Of a stretch of 64,000 nt of DNA, positions 13,331 to 24,460 are shown piece after piece; the stretch's first letter is position 1; every line of letters begins with the position of its first letter. The stretch comes from Mobula hypostoma (lineage: Eukaryota), in assembly GCF_963921235.1 (NCBI RefSeq), contig NC_086098.1, positions 62,001 to 126,000 of the forward strand. Reading direction: 5' to 3'. Under the pieces are notes generated by a model. The model made no database searches and was not told the origin of the DNA. It worked only from the letters and a program-made list of their open reading frames with translations. Position numbers and translations under genes: made by a program.

Positions 13331-14272
13331 ATGCCTCCTGAGACGGTGATGTGCCTCTCATGTGAGATGTGGCAGTCTTGGGGGAGCGCCCCTCTCCCGC
13401 AGAGTCACATCTGCCAGAAGTGCATACGGCTGGGCGATCTGGAAGACCATGTACAGAATCTGGAGCAGCAGCTGGATGACCTTTGACTCATAAGGGAGAA
13501 TGAGACAGTCATAGATGGGAGCTACAGGGAGGTAATCACACCTAGGCTGTCGGAAGCAGGTCGTTGGGTGACAGTCAGAGGGGGGAAAGCGAAGGTGAGT
13601 AGACAGGTAGAGCAGAGCACCCCTGTAGCCATTCCCCTGAATAATAAGTTTACTGTCCTGGATACTGTTGGCGGGGACGACCGACCAGGTGTGAGTCACG
13701 GTGGCAGGGCCTCCGGTACTGAGTCTGATCCAGTGGTGCAGAAGGGTGGGACAGAGAAAAGGAGAGTTGTCGTCATTGGAGACTCTATAGTCAGGGGAGC
13801 AGACAGGAGATTTTGTGGACGTGAGAAGGACACCCGCATGGTTTGTTGCCTCCCAGGTGCCAGGGTCCGGGATGTCTCTGACCGGGTGCACGACATCCTT
13901 GTACGAGAGGGAAAGCAACCAGAAGTTGTGATACATGTTGGGACCAACGACATAGGCAGGAAGAGGGATGAGGTCCTGAAGTGTGAGTTTCAGGAACTAG
14001 GCAGAAGGCTGAAGAACAGGACCTCAAGAGTGGCGTTCTCAGGATTGCTGCCAGTGCTACGTGACAGTGATGGGAAGAATTGGAGGAGATGGCAGTTGAA
14101 TGCATGGCTGAGGAGTTGGTGCAGGGAGCAGGGTTTTAGATTTTGGGATCATTGGGATCTCTTCTGGGGATAGTGGGACCTGTACAGATTGGATGGGTCG
14201 CACCTGAACTCGAGGGGGAGCAATATCCTTGCAGATAGGTTTGCTAGCATGGTTCAGGAGGGTTTAAACTAA
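13331..14272 (+). pseudogene. CR1 ORF1 (zinc finger/leucine zipper + SGNH esterase-like domain) with stops
   Basis: CLSCEMW..CQKC..LEQQLDDL; VVIGDSIVRG, CLPGARV, HVGTND. Confidence 0.88.
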
Positions 14273-14550
14273 TTTTCAAGGGGGTTGGGAATCCTGAGCA
14301 ATAGAGCAGTGAAAGAAGTGCATGGAGTAGAGCCAGATCTAACATATAGAGAGGCTTTGAGGAAAGAGAAGCAAAATAAATGGTGTAAAGACAGTAAGGT
14401 AGAAGGGCTGAAATGTGTGTACCTCAATGCAAGAAGCATCAGGAACAAAGGTGATGAAACATAGAAACATAGAAAATAGGTGCAGGAGTAGGCCATTCGG
14501 CCCTTCGAGCCTGCACCGCCATTTATTATGATCATGGCTGATCATCCAAC

Positions 14551-17550
14551 TCAGAACCCAGCCTTCCCTCCATACCCCCTGACCCCTGTAGCCACAAGGG
14601 CCATATCTAACTTCCTTTTAAACATAGCTAATGAACTGGCCTCAACAGTTTGCTGTGGCAGAGAATTCCACAGATTCACCACTCTCTGTGTGAAGAAGTT
14701 TTTCCTAACCTCGGTCCTAAAAGGCTTCCCCTCTATCCTCAAACTGTGACCCCTCGTTCTAGACCTCCCCAACATCGGGAACAATCTTCCCGCATCTAGC
14801 CTGTCCAATCCCTTTAGGATCTTATACGTTTCAATCAGATCCCCCCTCAATCTTCTAAATTCCAACGAGTACAAGCCCAGTTCATCCAGTCTTTCTTCAT
14901 ATGAAAGACCTGCTATCCCAGGAATCAATCTGGTGAACCTTCTTTGTACTCCCTCTATGGCAAAGATGTCTTTCCTCAGATTAGGGGACCAAAACTGCAC
15001 ACAATACTCCAGGTGTGGTCTCACCAAGGCCTTGTACAACTGCAGTAGTACCTCCCTGCTCCTGTACTCGAATCCTCTCGCTATAAATGCCAGCATACCG
15101 TTCGCCTTTTTCACCGCCTGCTGTACCTGCATGCCCACTTTCAATGACTGGTGTATAATGATACCCAGGTCTCGTTGCACCTCCCCTTTTCCTAATCGGC
15201 CACCATTCAGATAATAATCTGTTTTCCTATTTTTGCCACCAAAGTGGATAACTTCACATTTATCCACATTAAATTGCATCTGCCATGAGTTTGCCCACTC
15301 ACCCAACCTATCCAAGTCACCCTGCATCCTCTTAGCATCCTCCTCACTGCTAACACTGCCACCCAGCTTCGTGTCATCCGCAAACTTGGAGATGCTGCAT
15401 TTAATTCCCTCATCCAAGTCATTAATATATATTGTAAACAACTGGGGTCCCAGCACTGAGCCTTGCGGTACCCCACTAGTCACCGCCTGCCATTCTGAAA
15501 AGGTCCTGTTTATTCCCACTCTTTGCTTCCTGTCTGCTAACCAATTCTCCACCCACACCAATACCTTACCCCCAATACCGTGTGCTTTAAGTTTGCACAC
15601 TAATCTCCTATGTGGGACCTTGTCAAAAGCCTTTTGAAAATCCAAATATACCACATCCACTGGTTCTCCCCTATCCACTCTACTAGTTACATCCTCAAAA
15701 AATTCTATGAGATTCGTCAGACATGATTTTCCTTTCACAAATCCATGCTGACTTTGTCCGATCATTTCACCGCTTTCCAAATGTGCTGTTATCACATCCT
15801 TGATAACTGACTCCAGCAGTTTCCCCACCACCGACGTTAGGCTAACCGGCCTATAATTCCCCGGTTTCTCTCTCCCTCCTTTTTTAAAAAGTGGGGTTAC
15901 ATTAGCCACCCTCCAATCCTCAGGAACTAGTCCAGCATCTAACGAGTTTTGAAAAATTATCACTAATGCATCCACTATTTCTTGGGCCACTTCCTTAAGC
16001 ACTCTGGGATGCAGACCATCTGGCCCTGGGGATTTATCTGCCTTCAATCCCTTCAATTTACCTAACACCACTTCCCTACTAACATGTATTTCGCTCAGTT
16101 CCTCCATCTCACTGGACCCTCTGTCCCTTACTATTTCTGGAAGATTATTTATGTCCTCCTTAGTGAAGACAGAACCAAAGTAATTATTCAATTGGTCTGC
16201 CATGTCCTTGCTCCCCATAATCAATTCACCTGTTTCTGTTTGCAGGGGACCTACATTTGTCTTTATCAGTCTTTTCCTTTTTACATATCTATAAAAGCTT
16301 TTACAGTCCGTTTTTATGTTCTATGCCAGTTTTCTCTCATAATCTTTTTTCCCCTTCCTAATTAAGCCCTTTGTCCTCCTCTGCTGAACTCTGAATTTCT
16401 CCCAGTCCTCAGGTGAGCCACTTTCTCTGGCTAATTTGTATGCTACTTCTTTGGAATTGATACTATCCCTAATTTCTCTTGTCAGCCACGGGTGCACTAC
16501 CTTCCTTGATTTATTCTTTTGCCAAACTGGGATTAACAATTGTTGTAGTTCATCCATGCAACCTTTAAATGCCTGCCATTGCATATCCACCGTCAATCCT
16601 TGAAGTGTCATTTGCCAGTCTATCTTAGCTAATTCACGTCTCATACCTTCAAAGTTACCCCTCTTTAAGTTCAGAACCTTTGTTTCTGAATTAACTACGT
16701 CACTCTCCATGTTAATGAAGAATTCCACCATATTATGGTCACTCTTACCCAAGGGGCCTCTCACGACAAGATCGCTAATTAACCCTTCCTCATTGCTCAA
16801 AACCCAGTCCAGAATAGCCTGCTCTCTAGCCGGTTCCTCGACATGTTGGTTCAAAAAACCATCCCGCATACATTCCAAGAAATCCTCTTCCTCAGCACCT
16901 TTACCAATTTGGTTCACCCAGTCTACATGTAGATTGAAGTCACCCATTATAACTGCTGTTCCTTTATTGCACACATTTCTAATTTCCTGTTTAATACCAT
17001 CTCCGACCTCACTACTACTGTTAGGTGGCCTGTACACAACTCCCACCAGCGTCTTCTGCCCCTTAGTGTTACGCAGCTCTACCCATATCGATTCCACATC
17101 TTCCCGGCTTATGTCCTTCCTTTCTATTGCGTTAATCTCTTTTTTAACCAGCAACGCCACCCCACCTCCCCTTCCTTCGTGTCTATCCCTCCTGAATATT
17201 GAATATCCCTGAACGTTGAGCTCCCATCCCTGGTCACCCTGGAGCCATGTCTCTGTGATCCCAACTATATCATAATCATTAATAACAATCTGCACTTTCA
17301 ATTCATCCACCTTATTACGAATGCTCCTTGCATTGACACATAAAGCCTTCAGGCGCTCTTTTACAACTCTCTTAGCCCTTTTTAATGCTTGCCCTGGATT
17401 TGTTGGCCTGCCACTTTTACTTTTCCCCTTTGTACTTTTTGCTTCTACGCTCACTTTACACCCCTCTGTCTCTCTGCACTGGTTCCCATCCCTCTGTTGT
17501 GAACTAACCTCCTCACACCTAGCTGCTTTAATTTGATTCCCACCCCCCAA
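14551..17550 (-). pseudogene. CR1 ORF2p (APE endonuclease + RT), 3000 nt in one frame with one internal TAG at 16321-16323
   Basis: ORFs 16321..17550 and 14551..16224 share a frame and the intervening 96 nt are open; EN and RT motifs intact (ITETW, GDFN, SDH, FADD). Confidence 0.93.
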
Positions 17551-17555
17551 CCATT

Positions 17556-18491
17556 CTAGTTTAAAGTCACCTCAGTAGCCCCCGCTAATCTCCCTGCCAG
17601 GATATTGGTCCCCCTAGGATTTAAGTGTAACCCGTCCTTTTTGTACAGGTCACACCTGCGCCAAAAGAGGTCCCAATGATCCAAAAACTTGAATCCCTGC
17701 CCCCTGCTCCAATCCCTCAGCCACGCATTTATCCTCCACCTCATCGCATTCCTACTCTCACTGTCGCGTGGCACAGGCAGTAATCCCGAGATTACTACCT
17801 TTGCGGTCCTTTTTCTCAACTCCCTTCCTAGCTCCCTATATTCTTCTTTCAGGACCTCATCCCTTTTCCTACCTATGTCATTGGTACCTATATGTACCAG
17901 GACCTCTGGCTCTTCACCCTCCCACTTCAGGATATCTTGGACACGATCAGAAATATCCCGGACCCTGGCACCAGGGAGGCAAACTACCATCCGAGTCTCT
18001 GGACTGCGTCCACAGAATCGCCTATCTGACCCCCTTACTATCGAGTCCCCTATCACAACTGCCCTCCTCTTCCTTGCCCTACCCTTCTGAGCTACAGGGC
18101 CAGACTCTGTGCCGGAGGCAGGGCCACTGTCGCTTCCCCCGGGTAAGCTGTCCCCCCCAACAGTACTCAAACAGGAGTACCTGTTGTTAAGGGGCACAGC
18201 CGCCGGGGTACTCCCCATCACCTTCCTTTTCCCCTTCCCCCTCCTAACCGTGACCCACTTGTCTGCCTCCCGTGGCCCCGGCGTGACCACCTGCCTTCCA
18301 CTCCTCTCTATCACCTCCTCGCTCTCCCTGACCAGACGAAGGTCATCGAGCTGCAGCTCCAGTTCCGTAACGCGGTCCCTTAGGAGCTGCATCTCGATGC
18401 ACTTGGCGCAGATGTAGACGTCCGGGAGGCTTGGAGACTCCAGGGCCTCCCACATCCGACACCGAGAACAGCAAACTGCCCTCACAGTCAT
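17556..18491 (-). CDS. CR1 ORF1p, intact (zinc finger/leucine zipper + SGNH esterase-like domain)
   Basis: ORF 17556..18515, first ATG at 18491; CCSRCRMW..CAKC..LELQLDDL; VIGDSIVRG, HIGTND, DGLHL. Confidence 0.92.
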   Translation of the reverse strand: MTVRAVCCSRCRMWEALESPSLPDVYICAKCIEMQLLRDRVTELELQLDDLRLVRESEEVIERSGRQVVTPGPREADKWVTVRRGKGKRKVMGSTPAAVPLNNRYSCLSTVGGDSLPGGSDSGPASGTESGPVAQKGRARKRRAVVIGDSIVRGSDRRFCGRSPETRMVVCLPGARVRDISDRVQDILKWEGEEPEVLVHIGTNDIGRKRDEVLKEEYRELGRELRKRTAKVVISGLLPVPRDSESRNAMRWRINAWLRDWSRGQGFKFLDHWDLFWRRCDLYKKDGLHLNPRGTNILAGRLAGATEVTLN

Positions 18492-18653
18492 AATGCCCCT
18501 CTCCTCAAATAGCAACAGAAAATGAATGTCAAACCTTCCTCGCCTCGCCCGCTTCCGCCTAAACCCGGTGAGCCGAAGCCCTTAAGTCTTCACTCTGCTC
18601 CCGGCTCACTCCGCAGCCCGCAAACTACGCTGCCCGCTCTATGAGGCTTTGTT

Positions 18654-19150
18654 CCTTTTAAATCTGCCGCGCTGCACTGCCCGACGTCACACGCCTGCGC
18701 AGTCCCGCCTCTCAGAAAGCCGTTGGAGAAAAAAATAACGAAAATTTCAAAAATCTCTTTTTCGGCACTCCCACTCAGACTCTCAGACTCCTTCTTCGAA
18801 TCAAATCCGAAGCAGGATGTCTGCCCTTTTAAATCTGCCGCGCTGCACTGCCCGACGTCACACGCCTGCGCAGTCCCGCCTCTCAGAAAGCCGTTGGAGA
18901 AAAAAATAACGAAAATTTCAAAAATCTCTTTTTCGGCACTCCCACTCAGACTCTCAGACTCCTTCTTCGAATCAAATCCGAAGCAGGATGTCTGCCCTTT
19001 TAAATCTGCCGCGCTGCACTGCCCGACGTCACACGCCTGCGCAGTCCCGCCTCTCAGAAAGCCGTTGGAGAAAAAAATAACGAAAATTTCAAAAATCTCT
19101 TTTTCGGCACTCCCACTCAGACTCTCAGACTCCTTCTTCGACTCCTTCTT
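18654..19150 (-). promoter_or_regulatory. Tandem 171-bp 5' monomers (~2.9 copies), putative CR1 promoter array
   Basis: Unit recurs at 18661/18832/19003; each carries GGCGGG, TGCGCAGGCG, TGACGTC and TTTAAAA in that order on the element strand. Confidence 0.8.
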
Positions 19151-21876
19151 TGAACTGAGAGCTTGGATACATACATGGAATTATGATGTAGTGGCCATTA
19201 CAGAGACTTGGCTGGCACCAGGGCAGGAATGGATTCTCAATATTCCTGGATTTCAGTGCTTTAAAAGGGAGAGAGAGGGTGGAAAAAGGGGAGGAAGGGT
19301 GGCATTACTGGTCAGGGATACTATTACAGCTACAGAAAGGGTGGGTAATTAATGTAGTAGGATCCTCTTTTGAGTCAGTATTGGTGGAAGTCAGGAACAG
19401 GAAGGGAGCAATTGCTCTATTGGGGGTATTCTATAGGCCCCCTGGTAGCAGCAGAGATACAGAGGAGCAGATTGGGAGGCAGATTTTGGAAAGGTGCAAA
19501 AATAACAGGGTTGTTATCATGGGTGACCTTAACTTCTCTAATATTGATTGGCACCTGATTAGTTCCAAGGGTTTAGATGGGACAGAGTTTGTTAAGAGTG
19601 TCCAGGATGGATTCCTGTCACAGTATGTGGACAGGCCAATTAGAGGGAATGCCATACTAGATCTAGTACTAGGTAATGAACAGGGTCAGGTCACAGATCT
19701 CTCAGTGGGTGAGCATCTGGGGGACAGTGTCCACCGCTCCCTGGCCTTCAGCACTATCACGGAAAAGGACAGAATCAGAGAGGACAGGAAAATTTTTAAT
19801 TGGGGAAGGGAAAATTATGAGGCTATAAGGCTACAACTTGCGGGTGTGAATTGGGATGATGTTTTTGCAGGGAAATGTACTGTGGACATGTGGTTGATGT
19901 TTAGAGATCTCTTGCAGGATGTTAGGGATAAATTTGTCCCGGTGAGGAAGATAAAGAATGGTAGGGTGAAAGAACCATGGGTGACAAGTGTGGTGGAAAA
20001 TCTAGTCAGGTGGAAGAAGGCAGCATACATGAGGTTTAGGAAGCAAGGATCAGATGGGTCTATATAGGGTAGCAAGAAAGGAGCTTAAGAAGGGGCTGAG
20101 AAGAGCAAGAAGGGGACATGAGAAGGCCTTGGCAAGTAAGGTAAAGGAAAACCCCAAGGCATTCTTCAATTATGTGAAGAACAAAAGAGAGACAGGAGTG
20201 AAGGTAGGACCAATTAGAGATAAAGGTGGGAAGATGTGCCTGGAGGCTGTAGAAGTGAGCGAGGTCCTCAATGAATACTTCTCTTTCGTATTCACCAATG
20301 AGAGGGAACTTGATGATGGTGAAGACAATATGAGTGAGGTTGATGTTCTCAATCATTTTGATATTAAGGGAGAGGAGGTGTTGGAGTTGTTAAAATACAT
20401 TAGGACGAATAAGTCCCCAGGGCCTGACGGAATATTCCCCAGACTGCTCTATGAGGTGAGGGAAGAGATTGCTGAGCCTCTGGCTAGGATCTTTATGTCC
20501 TCGTTGTCCATGGGAATGGTACCGGAGGATTGGAGGGAGGTGAATGTTGTCCCCTTGTTGAAAAAAGATAGTTGGGATCGTCCGGGTAATTACAGACCAG
20601 TGAGCCTTACGTCTGTGGTGGGAAAACTGTTGGAAAAGTTTCTTAGAGATAGGATCTCTGGGCATTTAGAGAATCATGGTCTGATCAGGGACAGTCAGCA
20701 TGGCTTTGTGAAGGGCAGATCATGTCTAACAAACCTGATAGAGTTCTTTGAGGAGGTGACGAGGCATATAGATGAGGGTAGTGCAGTGGATGTGATCTAT
20801 ATGGATTTTAGTAAGCCATTTGACAAGGTACCACACGGTAGGCTTATTCAGAAAGTCAGAAGGCATGGTATCCAGAGAAATTTGGCCAGGTGGATTCAGA
20901 ATTGGCTTGCCCGCAGAAGACAGATGGTCATGGTGGAGGGAGTACATTCAGATGGGAGGATTGTGACTAGTGGTGTCCCACAAGGATCTATTCTGGGACC
21001 TCTACTTTTCGTGATTGGTATTAACGACCTGGATGTGGGGGTAGACGGCTGGGTTGGCAAGTTTGCAGGTGACACAAAGGTTGGTGGTATTGCAGATAGT
21101 GTAGAGGATTGTAAAACATTGCAGAGCAACATTGATAGATTGCAGAAGTGGGCTGAGAAGTGGCAGATGGAGTTCAACCCAGAGAAGTGTGAGGTGGTAC
21201 ACTTTGGAAGGACAATCTCCAGGGCAGAGTACAAAGTAAATGGCAGGATACTTGGTAGTGTGGAGGAGCAGAGGGATCTCGGGGTACATGTCCACAGATC
21301 CCTGAAAGTTGCCTCACAGGTGGATAGGGTAGTTAAGAAAGCTTATGGGGTGTTAGCTTTCATAAGTCGAAGGATAGAGTTTAAGAGTTGCGATGTAATG
21401 ATGCAGCTCTATAAAACTCTAGTTAGGCCACACTTGGAGTACTGTGTCCAGTTCTGGTCACCTCACTATAGGAAGGATGTGGAGGCATTGGAAAGGGTAC
21501 AGAGGAGATTTACCAGAATGCTGCCTGGTTTAGAGAGTATGCATTATGATCAGAGATTAATGGAGCTAAGGCTTTACTCTTTGGAGAGAAGGAGGATGAG
21601 AGGAGACATGATAGAGGTGTACAAGATAATAAGAGGAATAGATAGAGTGGATAGCCAGAGCCACTGCTCAATACAAGAGGACATGGCTTTAAGGTAAGGG
21701 GTGGGAAGTTCAAGGGGGATATTAGAGGAGGGTTTTTTACTCAGAGAGTGGTTGGTGCATGGAATGCACTGCTTGAGTCAGTGGTGGAGGCAGATACACT
21801 AGTCAAGTTTAAGGGACTACCAGACAGGTATATGGAGGAATTTAAGGTGTGGGCTTATATGGGAGGCAGGGTTTGA
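19151..21876 (+). pseudogene. CR1-B ORF2 (endonuclease + reverse transcriptase), frameshifted
   Basis: ORFs 19279..20067 and 20054..21697: YRPP, MGDLN, KSPGPDG, NYRPVSLTS, QHGF, GVPQGS, KFAGDT. Confidence 0.9.
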
Positions 21877-22331
21877 GGGTCGGCACAACATTGTGGGCCG
21901 AAGGGCCTGTACTGTGCTGTACTTTTCTATGTTCTATGTTCTATAAATTTTCTCCTCCAAGTCTTGCTCCCCATTGGGTGGTCTATAATAGACCCCTATA
22001 AGCATCACTACTCCTTTCCCATTCCTCAGTTCCACCCAAATAGCCTCCCTAGACGAGTCTACTAACCTATCCTGCCAGAGCACTGCTGTTATATTTTCTC
22101 TGACAAGCAATGCCCCTCTTGCCCCTCTGATTCTATCATAACTGAAGCAATGAAATCCAGGAATATTTAGTTGCCACTCACACCCCTCCTGCAACCATGT
22201 TTCACTAATAGCTACAACATCATACTTCCAGGTATCAATCCATACTGTAAGCTCATCCACCTTTCTTACAATGCTCCTAGCATTAAAATAGATGCATTTA
22301 AGAAACTCCCCACCTCTTACTCTCTGTTTAT

Positions 22332-22578
22332 CAATAGACAATAGTCAATAGACAATAGGTGCAGGAGTAGGCCATTCGGCCCTTTGAGCCAGCACCGCCA
22401 TTCACTGTGATCATGGCTGATCATCCACTATCAGTATCCAGTTCCTGCCTTATCCCCATAACCTTTGATTCCGCTATCTTTAAGAGCTCTATCCATCTCT
22501 TTTTTGAAAGCATTCAGAGACTTGGCCTCCACAGCCTTCTGGGGCAGAGCATTCCATATATCCACCACTCTCTGGGTG
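22332..22578 (-). mobile_element. Short CR1 3' end (subfamily with (CTATTGT)n tail)
   Basis: Tail CAATAGA repeats, 3' hairpin, homologous to ~29490-29735. Confidence 0.85.
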
Positions 22579-22649
22579 CATCCTTAATGCAGCAAACAAC
22601 TTTGTTATATTTTTCTTCCTTCACCCCTACATCTTCGGTCTAAGTGCTC

Positions 22650-24460
22650 CCGATCTCTGTCCCCTGCCTATCTTCCATCACATACTGTCTACTAGCTTTC
22701 TCTATTTGTGAACTAACCTTCACTCTCCTAGTGTCTTCAATTTGATTCTCACCCCCCAACCATTCTAGTTTAAAGTCTCCCCAGTAGCCTTCGCAAATCT
22801 CCCCGCCAGGATGTTGGTCCCCCTAGGATTTAAGTGCAACTCGTCCTTTTTGTACAGGTCACACCTGCGCCAAAAAAGGTCCCAATGATCCAAAAACTTC
22901 AATCACTGCCCCCTGCTCCAATCTCTCAGCCACACATTTATCCTCCACCTCATTCCATTCCTACTCTCACTGTCGCGTGGCACAGGCAGTAATCCCAAGA
23001 TTACTACCTTTGCGGTCTTTCTTCTCAACTCTCTTCCTAACTCCCTATATTCTCCTTTCAGCACCTCTTCCCTTTTCCTACCTATGTCATTGGTACCTAT
23101 ATGTACCACGACCTCTGGCTCCTCACCCTCCCACTTCAGGATATTTTGGACACGATCAGAAATATACCGGACCCTGGCACCAGGGAGGCAGACTACCATC
23201 CAGGTCTCCTGTCTGCGTCCACAGAATCACCTATCTGGCCCCCTAACTATCGAGTCCCCTATCACTACCGTCCTCCTCTTCCTTTCCCTACCCTTCTGAG
23301 CTACAGGGCAGGACTCTGTGCGGGAGGCATGGCCACTGTTGCTTCCCCCAGGTAAGCTGTCCACCCCAACAGTACTCAAACAGGAGTACTTATTGTCAAG
23401 GGGCACAGCCACTTGGGTACTCTCTTGTACCTGACACTTCCCCTTCCCCCTCCTAACCGTGACCCACTTATCTGCCTCCCGTGAACCGGTGTGAACACCT
23501 GCCTGGAACTGCTCTCTGTCAACTCCTCACTCTTCCTGACCAGACGAAGGTCATCGAGCTGTAGCTCCAGTTCCCTAACGTGGTCCCTTAGGAGCTGCAT
23601 AGTCATAGTCATGGTCATACTTTATTGATCCCGGGGGAAATTGGTTTTTGTTACAATTGCACCATAAATAATTAAATAGTAATAAAACCATAAATAATTA
23701 AATAGTAATATGTAAATTATGCCAGGAAGTAAGTACAGGACCAGCCTATTGGCTCAGGGTGTCTGACCCTCCAAGGGAGGAGTTGTAAAGTTTGATGCCC
23801 ACAGGCAGGAATGGCTTCCTATGATGCTTTGTGTTGCATCTCGGTGGAATGAGTCTCTGGCTGAATGTACTCCTGTGCCCAACCAGTACATTATGTAGTG
23901 GATGGGAGACATTGTCCAAGATGGCATGCAATTTGGACAGCATCCTCTTTTCAGACACCACTGTCAGAGAGTCCAGTTCCATCCTCACAACATCACTGGC
24001 CTTCTGAATGAGTTTGTTGATTCTGTTTGTGTCTGCTGCCCCCAGCCTGCTGCCCCAGCACACAACAGCAAACATGATCGCACTGGCCACCACAGACTAG
24101 TAGAACATCCTCAGCATCTCGGCGCTCCTGGTGCAGATGTGGACATCCGGGAGGCTGGGAGACTCCAGGACCTCCCAGATCCGGCATCGAGAACAACAAG
24201 CTGCCCTCACACTCATACTTCCCCCCTTTCCTCAAATAACAGGAAAAATTGAAAACCAAACCTCCTTTGCCTCACCTGTTTCTGCCTAAGCCTGTTGAGC
24301 CAAAGCCCTTAAGCCTTCACTCTGCTCACGGCTCACTCCACAGCCTGCAAACAATGCTGCCCGCTGGATAAGGCTGTGCTCCTTTTAAATCTTCCGCGCT
24401 TCACTGCCGGACGTCACATGCCCGCACAATCCCGTCTCTCTGAACTCCAATGAAAAAAAA
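22650..24460 (-). mobile_element. 5' part of an older D-like CR1 (one monomer, degraded ORF1), split by a Rex1-type insertion
   Basis: ORFs 22903..23199 and 23227..23412 match ORF1 17556..18515; monomer motifs at ~24380-24445. Confidence 0.85.
23601..24117 (-). mobile_element. Rex1/Babar-type LINE 3' fragment
   Basis: ORF 23746..24093 (VASAIMFAVVCWG..HPLH..FLPVGIKLYN); AATAAA then (ACTATG)n tail. Confidence 0.75.

Larger units (their letters stand above)
14459..19150 (-). mobile_element. Young full-length CR1 (subfamily D)
   Basis: Tail (TTTCTATG)n at ~14456-14476, TGAA TSD (14455-14458 / 19151-19154), intact ORF1, ORF2 with a single stop, tandem 5' monomers. Confidence 0.96.
13220..21944 (+). 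mobile_element. Full-length decayed CR1 (subfamily B), interrupted by the young CR1 at 14459-19150
   Basis: 5'UTR, ORF1, ORF2 rejoining across the insertion (NARSIRNKGDE|LRAWIHTW), tail (TTCTATG)n at ~21925-21944. Confidence 0.92.

Noticed and set aside
18654..19150. CRISPR-like or satellite array
   Set aside because: Head-to-tail units without unique spacers; part of a LINE 5' end in eukaryotic DNA
18723..19352. 209-aa ORF with a 57-aa tandem repeat
   Set aside because: Antisense reading of the 171-bp monomers fused to the host CR1 endonuclease; no ATG start and no protein-like signal
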